A DNA stretch of 33,941 nucleotides, taken from the NCBI GenBank assembly GCA_030648675.1, contig JAUSGV010000066.1:1-33941 (forward strand). Direction: 5' to 3'. This document shows positions 1 to 9,418 of this stretch, piece by piece (within the stretch, counting starts at the first letter, position 1; the number at the start of each line of letters is the position of its first letter). The notes under the pieces were generated by a model. It was given only the letters and a program-made list of their open reading frames with translations, was not told where the DNA came from and made no database searches. Source of the stretch: Dehalococcoidales bacterium (lineage in GTDB: Bacteria; Chloroflexota; Dehalococcoidia; Dehalococcoidales; UBA2162). Made by a program: the position numbers and the translations under genes.

Positions 1-140
1 CTGACAACTGCCCATTCAAAGGTATTGAGTTCGGCATCGCCACAAAACCTTGGCCTTCGGTTCTATTAAGAGAGTAAGCAATTGTGCCCCAGACTTGTTT
101 TCCATCTATGTTTGTCACAGTCATAACCACATTATTATAA

Positions 141-179
141 ACAGAGCCGGTGGAATTCCACCGGCTCTGTTTTCGTTTT
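141..179 (+). terminator. Intrinsic-terminator-like hairpin
   Basis: Perfect 13-bp stem ACAGAGCCGGTGG (141-153) / CCACCGGCTCTGT (158-170) with an AATT loop, followed by TTTCGTTTT (171-179). The strand call rests only on the T-run being on the + strand. Confidence 0.55.
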
Positions 180-253
180 CAGTTTGTTCGTCAGGAATTG
201 GGGAAGGTTACTTCGAAAAAAGCTTCAGTATTCTGCTGTGGAAAAGTTCTCTT

Positions 254-338
254 TGGTGGGGAAGGGGGGACTCGAACCCCCAAGCCTTGCGGCACTGGAT
301 CCTAAGTCCAGCTCGTATGCCAGTTCCGACACTTCCCC
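254..338 (-). tRNA. tRNA-Leu (anticodon UAG), type II with long variable arm, CCA encoded
   Basis: The reverse complement reads GGGGAAG-TG-...-CTGGA/CTTAGGA/TCCAG-...-GGGGG/TTCGAGT/CCCCC-CTTCCCC-A-CCA. It has a 7-bp acceptor stem, a 5-bp anticodon stem with a 7-nt loop carrying TAG, a long variable arm and a canonical T-arm. Length is 85 nt. Confidence 0.9.
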
Positions 339-428
339 GCGGCTACCGGATGTTAACAGAAAACCGGAATTTATGGCAAGGGAAGAGCCTGACTGCCGTT
401 TGGTAATCCGGTCGCAATTACGAACCGT

Positions 429-470
429 AACAAAAGAATCAGGCTCGCCGCGCAAGCGCAAACGAGCCTG
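429..470 (-). terminator. Intrinsic terminator downstream of the zinc-ribbon gene
   Basis: 8-bp stem CAGGCTCG (440-447) / CGAGCCTG (463-470). On the minus strand it is followed by ATTCTTTTGTT (439-429). It sits about 44 nt after the stop at 514. Confidence 0.55.
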
Positions 471-513
471 ATATTATTCGAGTACTATTCAATTGTGAAC
501 CCCGCGAACCGAA

Positions 514-819
514 TTACCGGCGCGGTTTCACTTTGCTGTAGCATTCGCTGCAGTACACCGGTTTGCCCTGGCGGGGTTCGAAGGGAACCTGGGTCTCCTT
601 ACCGCACTCGCCGCAAACTGCGGGAAACATCTGGCGAGGTCCGGCTCCGGCTCCACCTGTCTCACCATAGCGGTTGCTACGGCGGCTCTGCCGGCAGGAA
701 GGGCAGCGCTTGGGTTCATTGGTGTAACCCTTTGAAGCGAAAAACTCCTGCTCCCCGGCGGTGAATTGGAAACTTGCCCCACAATCGGCACATTGGATGC
801 TCTTGTCCTGATAAGTCAC
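514..819 (-). CDS. Small double zinc-ribbon protein (two CxxC...CxxC units)
   Basis: GTG start at 819 is preceded by GGGAGG with a 6-nt spacer. The protein has CADCG...CPSC and CGECG...CSEC pairs, typical of the small zinc-ribbon / CxxC-x17-CxxC family. It is followed by a terminator. Confidence 0.8.
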   Translation of the reverse strand: MTYQDKSIQCADCGASFQFTAGEQEFFASKGYTNEPKRCPSCRQSRRSNRYGETGGAGAGPRQMFPAVCGECGKETQVPFEPRQGKPVYCSECYSKVKPRR

Positions 820-1055
820 GAATGACCTCCCGCTATGTAATATTTGGTTCGATTAAGGTCATCCACGACCTGGAGCAAGGGATTCCGAGATAAACCTTAC
901 ACAAACCACTACTATATATATATACCCACTCCTCAATTTTTGTCAAATGTAAGAGCTTCGCTTCTTGCGCACTCATTCTGCCGTACCTTCGTTTGACGCT
1001 TGATCGCAATAGCCGTTAGAATCAAGCAAGATATTTTAGAGAGGTGTAAACCACG

Positions 1056-2318
1056 ATGTTCCACAAAACCACCCTGGATAACGGACTCCGGATCGTTACG
1101 ACCACCATGCCGCACACGCGGTCGGCATCATTCTGCTTCTTTATCGGCGTCGGTTCGAGATACGAAAACGAAGCTGTGGCAGGAGTCTCGCACTTTATCG
1201 AGCACCTGCTTTTCAAAGGCACAACCAAGCGGCCTACCTCCGGCGATATTTGCGCCGCTATCGAAGGCGTCGGCGGCATCCTCAATGCCGGCACTAACAA
1301 GGAACTGACGCTTTACTGGACGAAGACAGCCAAAATACATTTCCCCCTTTCCCTCGACGTCATCACCGACATACTGCTCAACTCCAAATTTGAACCAGCG
1401 GAAATCGAGCGCGAGCGCCAGGTCGTCATCGAGGAGATCAACATGAGCAAAGACTCTCCCGCTTCGATGGTCAGCCTGCTCATCGACGAACTGCTCTGGC
1501 CGGGGCACCCCCTGGGTAGAGATACTGCCGGAACTAAAGAATCGATGTCCGGTATCTCCCGCGAAGCGATACTCGAATATCTCCAAACACATTATTTGCC
1601 GGATAACGCCGTTGTTGCGGTGGCCGGCAACATCAAGCACCAGGAAGCGGTCGACCTGGTGAGTGAGGCTACGGCCGGTTGGAAAACCAGGCAGGCACGT
1701 CCGGCATTTCAGCCTTATCGTCCGCAGCCCAACCCGCGCCTCCGCATCGAGAATAAGGATACCGAACAAGCCCACCTTTGCCTTGGTTTGCCGGGACTCT
1801 CAATGGTCGACCCGAGGCGTTTCGCCCTCGACCTGCTTAACGTAGTCCTCGGCGAAGGCATGAGCAGCCGGCTGTTTATTGAAATTCGCGACAAAATGGG
1901 GCTGGCATACAATATCTATAGCAGCTCCGACCATTTCCTCGATTCCGGCTGCCTTACCGTCTACGCGGGCGTCGACCCGAAAAAACTCACCGTTACGCTA
2001 AAGGCAATAATGGAACAATTGTCCCGCATCAAGGAATTGATCCCGGAGGAGGAACTTTCCCGGGCCAAGGAATTGGCCAAGGGACGGCTGCTACTCCGTA
2101 TGGAGGACACCCGCGACGTGGCCGGCTGGACCGGAGGACAGGAAATTCTTACCGGCCGCATTCTCAGCGTCGACCAGGTGACCAAAAAAATCGATGCCGT
2201 GACTGCCAAAGACATCAAGAAAATAGCTGGGGAACTACTGGTTGGCGAGCAACTGCGCCTGGCAGTGGTCGGGCCGGTAAAGAAAGAAGAACCACTGGAA
2301 GAGTTGCTGAAGCTTTAG
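1056..2318 (+). CDS. M16 family (pitrilysin/insulinase-like) zinc peptidase
   Basis: 420 aa. It carries the inverted zincin motif HFIEH (HxxEH) near the N-terminus and a downstream EIERERQVVIEEI block typical of M16 peptidases. Confidence 0.9.
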   Translation: MFHKTTLDNGLRIVTTTMPHTRSASFCFFIGVGSRYENEAVAGVSHFIEHLLFKGTTKRPTSGDICAAIEGVGGILNAGTNKELTLYWTKTAKIHFPLSLDVITDILLNSKFEPAEIERERQVVIEEINMSKDSPASMVSLLIDELLWPGHPLGRDTAGTKESMSGISREAILEYLQTHYLPDNAVVAVAGNIKHQEAVDLVSEATAGWKTRQARPAFQPYRPQPNPRLRIENKDTEQAHLCLGLPGLSMVDPRRFALDLLNVVLGEGMSSRLFIEIRDKMGLAYNIYSSSDHFLDSGCLTVYAGVDPKKLTVTLKAIMEQLSRIKELIPEEELSRAKELAKGRLLLRMEDTRDVAGWTGGQEILTGRILSVDQVTKKIDAVTAKDIKKIAGELLVGEQLRLAVVGPVKKEEPLEELLKL

Positions 2319-2325
2319 ACGAAAA

Positions 2326-2358
2326 CAAAAAGGCCCCGATTTTATCGGGGCCTTTTTT
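2326..2358. terminator. Bidirectional intrinsic terminator between convergent M16 peptidase and groEL
   Basis: Stem AGGCCCCGAT (2331-2340) / ATCGGGGCCT (2344-2353) with a TTT loop. It is flanked by an A-run (2326-2331) and a T-run (2353-2358). Confidence 0.8.
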
Positions 2359-2376
2359 CTCAATAGCTGCGGGAGG

Positions 2377-4029
<1,653 letters not shown>

Positions 4030-4347
4030 TTATCCGGTTTTGCTCTTTTTCGCGCTGCCCCTCTTGGCCAGGACGTCGCTTTCGCGAAGGATGATGACTT
4101 CCTCACCATCGACCTTGATCTCAGTACCGCCATATTTGGTATAGAGTACGATATCACCGACTTTGACATCCATATCGAGGCGCTTACCGTCTTCGCCCAT
4201 TTTGCCGGGTCCGACAGCAATGACTTCACCCTCTTGAGGCTTTTCTTTTGCCGTATCAGGCAAAATAATGCCTCCCTTGGTTACCTCTTCTCTCACGAGT
4301 GCCTTGACTACCAGCCTGTCTGCCAATGGCTCAAGCTTACCCGCCAT
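4030..4347 (-). CDS. groES: Co-chaperonin GroES (Cpn10), with a short Lys-rich C-terminal extension
   Basis: 105 aa ([11 protein letters not shown]...[24 protein letters not shown]). The start is preceded by GAAGGAGGGG. It lies 27 nt upstream of groEL. Confidence 0.97.
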   Translation of the reverse strand: MAGKLEPLADRLVVKALVREEVTKGGIILPDTAKEKPQEGEVIAVGPGKMGEDGKRLDMDVKVGDIVLYTKYGGTEIKVDGEEVIILRESDVLAKRGSAKKSKTG

Positions 4348-4403
4348 AATAAACCCCTCCTTCTAAATTTTGTTGGTTAAAATCCCTGATTTGCTAAGAA
4401 AAT

Positions 4404-4430
4404 TTAGCAGTCCCAGGTCGAGACTGCTAA
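4404..4430. promoter_or_regulatory. CIRCE operator (HrcA binding site) for groES-groEL
   Basis: TTAGCAGTC-N9-GACTGCTAA is a perfect 9-bp inverted repeat with a 9-nt spacer. The consensus is TTAGCACTC-N9-GAGTGCTAA. It sits immediately downstream of the predicted -10 box. Confidence 0.9.
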
Positions 4431-4434
4431 AACC

Positions 4435-4463
4435 ATAATAGCGCAGGCTAAAATTAGTCGCAA
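4435..4463 (-). promoter_or_regulatory. Sigma-A-type promoter of groES-groEL
   Basis: On the minus strand: TTGCGA (4463-4458), a 17-nt spacer, then TATTAT (4440-4435). CIRCE begins 5 nt downstream of the -10 box. Confidence 0.6.
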
Positions 4464-4685
4464 CTGATAATGTAGCTATTTACAGCTATTCTCAGGCATT
4501 TATACCGTTTTGTCACGTCTATATATATTTTTTATTGCTATCTAGCATGCATCTTTACTTTATTTTTCTCCATTATTTAATACGTTTACTGCTTTTTCGC
4601 TATATTTTTTTTAGAGCCGTATAAGACACTCGTTACCTTTCTGCCAGTTGAGAGGAAGAGAAATTCCTGTTACCCTATTAGGACG

Positions 4686-5471
4686 ATGGCTGCAGACCAC
4701 AGGATTTATTTTGGAGACGCCGAGACTGTCCTGAAAAAATTGCCCGACAATTTCTTTCAATTGATGGTTACCTCGCCGCCGTACTGGAACGTGCGGGACT
4801 ACGGGCACAAAGGTCAGATCGGCCGCAACGACACTCTGCAGGAATACCTGGACAAATTGGACGGAGTCTGGCGGGAAGTCGCCCGGACTCTGCTCCCCGA
4901 CGGTAAGATAGCGGTAAACATCGGCAACGTCTATTATTCGGAACCGGACGAGAAACGGCGGACGACGGCGAATCTATCCCTTCTGGCCTGGCAGCAACTT
5001 AATAATATCGACAGCCTGCGCTTTATGGGCACGATTTATTGGCAAAAGACGACCTCCCGTTCCGGGGCCGTTCTCTTCGGCAGCTATCCTTATCCCACGA
5101 ATTTCATGATCTCCAACGCCGTCGAACCTATCCACGTTTTCCGGAAAGCCGGTAAAAGACAGGTCTCGAAAGAAATAAGGGAAAGGTCAAAGGTTACCCT
5201 AAAAGAGCACCGCAAATTCCGTGATGCCATATGGAACGACATTAACGGCGTCGAAGACACCCATTGCGCCGCTTTCCCCATTGAACTCCCGGCCAGGCTG
5301 ATCAGGATGTTCTCTTACGCAGACGACTGGATACTCGACCCCTTCCTCGGCAGCGGGTCAACTATGAAAGCCGCCAAAGACCTGGGCAGAAAATCGATTG
5401 GAATCGAGTTGAATCCGGATTATTTGCCCAGGATACGGGAAAAGACGGGGATAAAGAAACCAACTGAGTAA
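4686..5471 (+). CDS. Beta-class N4-cytosine/N6-adenine DNA methyltransferase (N6_N4_Mtase family), no cognate endonuclease nearby
   Basis: 261 aa. The catalytic motif IV, TSPPY, is N-terminal and the AdoMet motif I, DPFLGSGST, is near the C-terminus, which is the beta-class order. SPPY rather than DPPY leans toward m4C. Confidence 0.85.
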   Translation: MAADHRIYFGDAETVLKKLPDNFFQLMVTSPPYWNVRDYGHKGQIGRNDTLQEYLDKLDGVWREVARTLLPDGKIAVNIGNVYYSEPDEKRRTTANLSLLAWQQLNNIDSLRFMGTIYWQKTTSRSGAVLFGSYPYPTNFMISNAVEPIHVFRKAGKRQVSKEIRERSKVTLKEHRKFRDAIWNDINGVEDTHCAAFPIELPARLIRMFSYADDWILDPFLGSGSTMKAAKDLGRKSIGIELNPDYLPRIREKTGIKKPTE

Positions 5472-5474
5472 AGT

Positions 5475-5633
5475 ATGAAACCCTTTTTGTTGGCCGCCCT
5501 GATCTTTATCGGGTTTCTACAATGTTCCTGCGAACAAACCAACATCGCAAAAGAGCAAGCTATTGCGGCACCCAAACCCGATAACTCAAATCAATCTATA
5601 AGGCCGTCAAATCGTCGGCTGATTCTGCTATAA
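5475..5633 (+). CDS. Possible small secreted/lipoprotein ORF (52 aa), below the ORF-track cutoff
   Basis: ATG at 5475 and TAA at 5631-5633. It translates to MKPFLLAALIFIGFLQCSCEQTN..., a signal-peptide-like N-terminus with a weak lipobox (FLQC). There is no convincing SD. Confidence 0.3.
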   Translation: MKPFLLAALIFIGFLQCSCEQTNIAKEQAIAAPKPDNSNQSIRPSNRRLILL

Positions 5634-5640
5634 TTCAGCC

Positions 5641-6495
5641 ATGATCGTCGATTTCCACACTCATATTTTCTCCCCGAAGATCAAACGAGACCCCACCGAT
5701 TACCTCGCCCGCGACGCCTGCTTCGCGGAACTGTATTCCGCACCGCAAGCCAAAATTGCCACCGCCGACGATTTGATCGCCAGTATGGACGAGAATAATA
5801 TCGATGTTTCCGTCGTGCTCAATATCGGCTGGACCAACCCAGAGCTTTGCACCGAGACTAATGATTACATCATGGAATCGATCGCCCGTTTCCCGAAACG
5901 TCTTGCGGGTTTCGGTATGGTGCAGCCGCGTTTTCCCGACGCCGCCCTCGCCGAATTAAAGCGTTGCGTTAAGGGAGGGCTGAAGGGTATCGGCGAATTG
6001 CGGCCCGACGTCCAGGGGTACGATCTCAATGATAAAGACCTGATGTCACCTTTAGTTGACGCGATGGTAAAAAGCGATTTGATTCTACTCACTCACGCGT
6101 CGGAGCCGCTGGGGCATCTTTATCCCGGCAAAGGGACGATAACGCCTGACATTCTCTTTCGCTTCGCTGCTGCCTTCCCGAAGTTGACGCTCGTGTGCGC
6201 CCACTGGGGCGGCGGACTGCCGTTTTTCGCCCTGATGCCCGAGGTAAAAAAAGCCTTGGTAAATGTATATTTCGATACCGCGGCTTCACTTTACCTGTAC
6301 GACGCCCAAATTTACCGCCAGGTTATTTCGCTGCTGGGAGCGGAAAAAATCCTTTTCGGCACCGACTACCCTCTTTTATCACCAAACCGGGTGCTGAAAG
6401 AAATCAAACCGTTGGCTTTAGGGAAAGAGCCGGAACGGCTCATTCTCGGCGGGAACGCCGAAAAATTACTTGATATTTGCGGCTGCGGAATTTGA
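5641..6495 (+). CDS. Metal-dependent amidohydrolase (Amidohydro_2 / TIM-barrel hydrolase family)
   Basis: 284 aa. It has the N-terminal VDFHTHIF (HxH metal motif) plus internal H and D residues (CAHWGGG, FGTDYP) typical of Amidohydro_2. TATAAT at 5629-5634 lies 6 nt before the ATG and no SD is present, so the mRNA may be leaderless. Confidence 0.8.
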   Translation: MIVDFHTHIFSPKIKRDPTDYLARDACFAELYSAPQAKIATADDLIASMDENNIDVSVVLNIGWTNPELCTETNDYIMESIARFPKRLAGFGMVQPRFPDAALAELKRCVKGGLKGIGELRPDVQGYDLNDKDLMSPLVDAMVKSDLILLTHASEPLGHLYPGKGTITPDILFRFAAAFPKLTLVCAHWGGGLPFFALMPEVKKALVNVYFDTAASLYLYDAQIYRQVISLLGAEKILFGTDYPLLSPNRVLKEIKPLALGKEPERLILGGNAEKLLDICGCGI

Positions 6496-6499
6496 ACCC

Positions 6500-6523
6500 A
6501 TACCTGCGGAAGCAGGTATCCAG
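6500..6523. repeat. Stem-loop repeat (ATACCTGC-GGAA-GCAGGTAT-CCAG), member of the post-stop-codon hairpin family
   Basis: 8-bp perfect stem with a GGAA loop followed by CCAG. It matches the element at 22092-22115 (ATTCCAGC-GAAA-GCTGGAAT-CCAG) with compensatory stem changes. It starts 5 nt after the amidohydrolase stop. Confidence 0.55.
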
Positions 6524-6590
6524 AAAATCGCAGTATTATGTGCCAAGGGTATGCACTCTGGATTCCGTCAACGGAATGGTAAAAGAAGCC

Positions 6591-7166
6591 ATGGAAGAAA
6601 TTCGTTGTTTTATCGCCATAGAATTACCGGATGACATCAGAGAAGGACTCGGCCGGCTCATCGCCCGGCTGAAATCGCGCCAGCCGGATGTAAAATGGGT
6701 CGACCCCGCCGCCATCCACCTGACCCTGAAATTCCTCGGCTACGTCGCCCCCGATCGGGTCGGTGAAATCACCGAGGCGATTACCGACGCTGCCTGCGGG
6801 ATCCCGCCTTTTTCTCTGGAGGTAAAAGACTTGGGCGTGTTCCCAAGCTTAAATCGGGTCCGCGTCGTCTGGATCGGCGTGGAAGGGGAGACGGATAAAT
6901 TGCTGCAACTCCAGAAGCGTCTAGAAACCAACCTGGATATTCTGGGATTTCCTCCCGAAGAACGGGAATTCACCCCTCATCTGACCCTGGCCCGGGTGCG
7001 CGACACCGCCTCTCCGGCGGAACGCGAGGAACTCGTGCGGCTTATTACCGCCACCAAAGCCTCCCCTATCGGCAGCTTCACTGCAAAATCGGTAAGCCTG
7101 ATGAGCAGCCAGTTGGCTCGTACCGGGGCGGTTTACACGCAATTGGCCGCTGTCAAACTGAAATAA
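6591..7166 (+). CDS. thpR: RNA 2',3'-cyclic phosphodiesterase (ThpR/LigT, 2H phosphoesterase)
   Basis: Two HxTx motifs are present (HLTLKFLG and HLTLARV). The ORF-track start at 6477 overlaps the upstream gene and crosses repeat hairpins. ATG at 6591 (MEEIRCFIAIELP) gives the usual ~190 aa. ATG at 6576 is an alternative start. Confidence 0.8.
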   Translation: MEEIRCFIAIELPDDIREGLGRLIARLKSRQPDVKWVDPAAIHLTLKFLGYVAPDRVGEITEAITDAACGIPPFSLEVKDLGVFPSLNRVRVVWIGVEGETDKLLQLQKRLETNLDILGFPPEEREFTPHLTLARVRDTASPAEREELVRLITATKASPIGSFTAKSVSLMSSQLARTGAVYTQLAAVKLK

Positions 7167-7236
7167 ATATTTGTAATTAAAGCCTCCACCGTAGCCGTTA
7201 CTTCGGCATCCACATTTATCGCTCCGTGATTGCCTG

Positions 7237-8169
7237 CTACACCGATGACCCACTATGGAATTTATCACACTTGTCATTGTACGAGACGCTCCCCGAAATC
7301 ACCTTGTTGGAGACGCTCCCAAGTTGGAAAGTGAATTCTGCGCCTAGAATCATGATGAATGCCGAATAGTATATCCAGACAAGCAGGATGATAATAGAGG
7401 AGATAGAACCGTAGATAAGTTGGTAATTAGCGAAATTCTCAAGGTAGAAAATGAATAGAGTCCTGGCGAGTTCGAAGAGCACAGCCGAGAGGAGAGCTCC
7501 GGGCCAAATACGTCGCCAATACGTTTTAGTATTCGGAATGGTTTTGTAAAGCAACAAAAAAACTAACAATATCAGCAGGAATGCTACGAGCCTGCTAGCA
7601 ATGTCAATCGTTATCAGCATTGCAGCAGGCAAGTCGACTGAGCCGCGCAAAATTTCTACGATAACACTTGCTCCCAGGGAAAGAATGAACATTATGCCCG
7701 TACTTGCGGCCATCGCCAATTCGCTGGCTTTCCGAATAAGGAAATTTCGGTAGCGGCATATACCCCAGGCACGATTAATTACCAGACTTATCGCGCTAAA
7801 CATCGTACTCCCACTCCAGAAAAGGACAACTACACTCAATATCCCCAGGATACCCCGTAGTCTGACAATATTCGCGACATTTTGCCTCAAAATATCGGCA
7901 GCGCCGGGTAAATTATTGCTAAAAAATTCCAGCAATTCGTCTTTCAGATTCGTTGAGGGCAGGAAAAAACCAAAAATAGCAACGAGTCCCAGCAACAGCG
8001 GGAATATGGATAAAATTGCATAAAAAGAAACTCCCGCAGCCATATGTCCAGCATCGTGTTTGGCGGCCCCTTCTGTAGTGCGGGATATAAGTTGTATCAA
8101 AGGCATCTCAAGCAGGCGGGCCTTAGCGGTCTGTAACCTGGCGTTCAGGCTCTGTATCTTATTAAACAT
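7237..8169 (-). CDS. YihY/BrkB family inner-membrane protein
   Basis: 310 aa and polytopic. The GVSFYAILSIFPLLLGLVAIFG block and overall layout are typical of the YihY/virulence-factor BrkB family. Confidence 0.8.
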   Translation of the reverse strand: MFNKIQSLNARLQTAKARLLEMPLIQLISRTTEGAAKHDAGHMAAGVSFYAILSIFPLLLGLVAIFGFFLPSTNLKDELLEFFSNNLPGAADILRQNVANIVRLRGILGILSVVVLFWSGSTMFSAISLVINRAWGICRYRNFLIRKASELAMAASTGIMFILSLGASVIVEILRGSVDLPAAMLITIDIASRLVAFLLILLVFLLLYKTIPNTKTYWRRIWPGALLSAVLFELARTLFIFYLENFANYQLIYGSISSIIILLVWIYYSAFIMILGAEFTFQLGSVSNKVISGSVSYNDKCDKFHSGSSV

Positions 8170-8305
8170 CCCGGTGGCTCATTTTCATTTAGTGAATACC
8201 ACCCCATCAAGTCCGGTCATAAAAAACCACGCGTGCCCCGGATGCCGGGGAATTGTATGCCAAATCGAGTAATGACCAGGGCTTGAAGCCAATCAAACAT
8301 ACTAT

Positions 8306-9415
8306 CTATGGAAGCGCTTTCCCATTATCAGTTGTGACTGTAGTCGAGTGATAAACACGCCGGAAATACTTCAAAAGCTCGATAACCGTGGCTACTAAAG
8401 GTGCGGCGACAATGAATCCAATCATACCGAATACATAGGCACCCATTAGACTAATTAGAAGGATAAAAACAGGATTCATTTTCCAAACACTACCCTGAAC
8501 TCGGGGAGCAAGCAGGTTGTTTTCTATCAACTGAACTACTGCCAAGCCCAGAATAATCCAGATAGCTTTCTCCGGACTGGTCGCCAGAGCAATTGCAACA
8601 CTGGCGGCAATACTTAGCCAGAAGCCCAGAGTCGGGATGTTTTCCATCAAAGCTGCCCACACCGCCAGAGCCGGGGCGAATTCAACCCTCAAAACGGACA
8701 GCAAAATGAAAACCAGAATGCCCACAAAAACGCTCAATATTAACTGTCCGCGGATATAGCGCCCAAGTACTTTTTCAAGAATGCCGGCCACATTCTTCGC
8801 ATGCACACTCATCCAGGAAGGCAACACGTCGAAAAACCCGTCACGGAGACTGTCCCAATCCTTCAATATGAAAAAAACTATGAGGGGCAGGGAGAGGAAC
8901 CCCAGAACCAGACCGGCTCCTGTTGCTATTATTGAAAAACCACGTCCCAGCCCGTTACGCAGAGCCTCGACCACGGTAACGCCACCATTAGTGATGGATT
9001 GGTCATACTGCTGCAGCATAGATGCCGGCACTTCAAGCCGTACCGTTGCCATCAATTTCTGAATCCACGCTATAATATTGGAAATCATCTGAGGCACGTT
9101 CTGCCACAGAAGCGAGGCAGAACTACTGACAACCGTAAACATGTAAAATGCCGAGGCGGCTATTATGATAAGCCCGATGAAATAGACGCCGATAATTATG
9201 GATATGCGTTTGAGTCCCGGATGTTTTTTACCCCCGGGCAAATGCTTTTCCAGCCAGCGCACGATGGGCAATAATAAATAGGCGATAATAAGGCCGATCA
9301 GAAAAGGGGCCACGATAATAATGAATTTCCAGATAAGCCAGACTAACAGCAGCAGGCTGATTATAAACGTTATAAGCTGCCAGTGCTTTCTGAATAGAGA
9401 ATTAAACGAGTTCAC
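8306..9415 (-). CDS. AI-2E family transporter (PerM/UPF0118)
   Basis: 369 aa with about 8 TM segments and an AI-2E family-like layout. The GTG start at 9415 is only 3 nt after the stop of the upstream REC/HD-GYP gene. Confidence 0.8.
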   Translation of the reverse strand: MNSFNSLFRKHWQLITFIISLLLLVWLIWKFIIIVAPFLIGLIIAYLLLPIVRWLEKHLPGGKKHPGLKRISIIIGVYFIGLIIIAASAFYMFTVVSSSASLLWQNVPQMISNIIAWIQKLMATVRLEVPASMLQQYDQSITNGGVTVVEALRNGLGRGFSIIATGAGLVLGFLSLPLIVFFILKDWDSLRDGFFDVLPSWMSVHAKNVAGILEKVLGRYIRGQLILSVFVGILVFILLSVLRVEFAPALAVWAALMENIPTLGFWLSIAASVAIALATSPEKAIWIILGLAVVQLIENNLLAPRVQGSVWKMNPVFILLISLMGAYVFGMIGFIVAAPLVATVIELLKYFRRVYHSTTVTTDNGKALP

Positions 9416-9418
9416 AAC

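Noticed and set aside
1-124. Window-edge ORF fragments: + frames ending at 69 or 77, and a minus-strand ORF starting at ATG 124 and running off the left edge.
   Set aside because: They are too short, carry no recognisable motif, have no SD for the minus ORF, and I cannot choose between frames. I left them uncalled.
50-471. Track ORFs 50..406(+), 184..471(+) and 225..461(-).
   Set aside because: They run straight through a strong terminator hairpin and the tRNA-Leu gene (254-338). They are shadows of structured RNA sequence, not genes.
913-924. (TA)6 microsatellite in the divergent zinc-ribbon / M16 peptidase spacer.
   Set aside because: It is short and sits in ordinary AT-rich promoter DNA. 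Nothing indicates phase variation, and it is probably just -10-like sequence.
4440-5640. A restriction-modification or other defence island around the methyltransferase.
   Set aside because: No endonuclease-like, ATPase, helicase or nuclease ORF lies on either strand next to it. The flanks are groES and an amidohydrolase. ORF 4611..4808(-) overlaps the methyltransferase 5' end and has no features.
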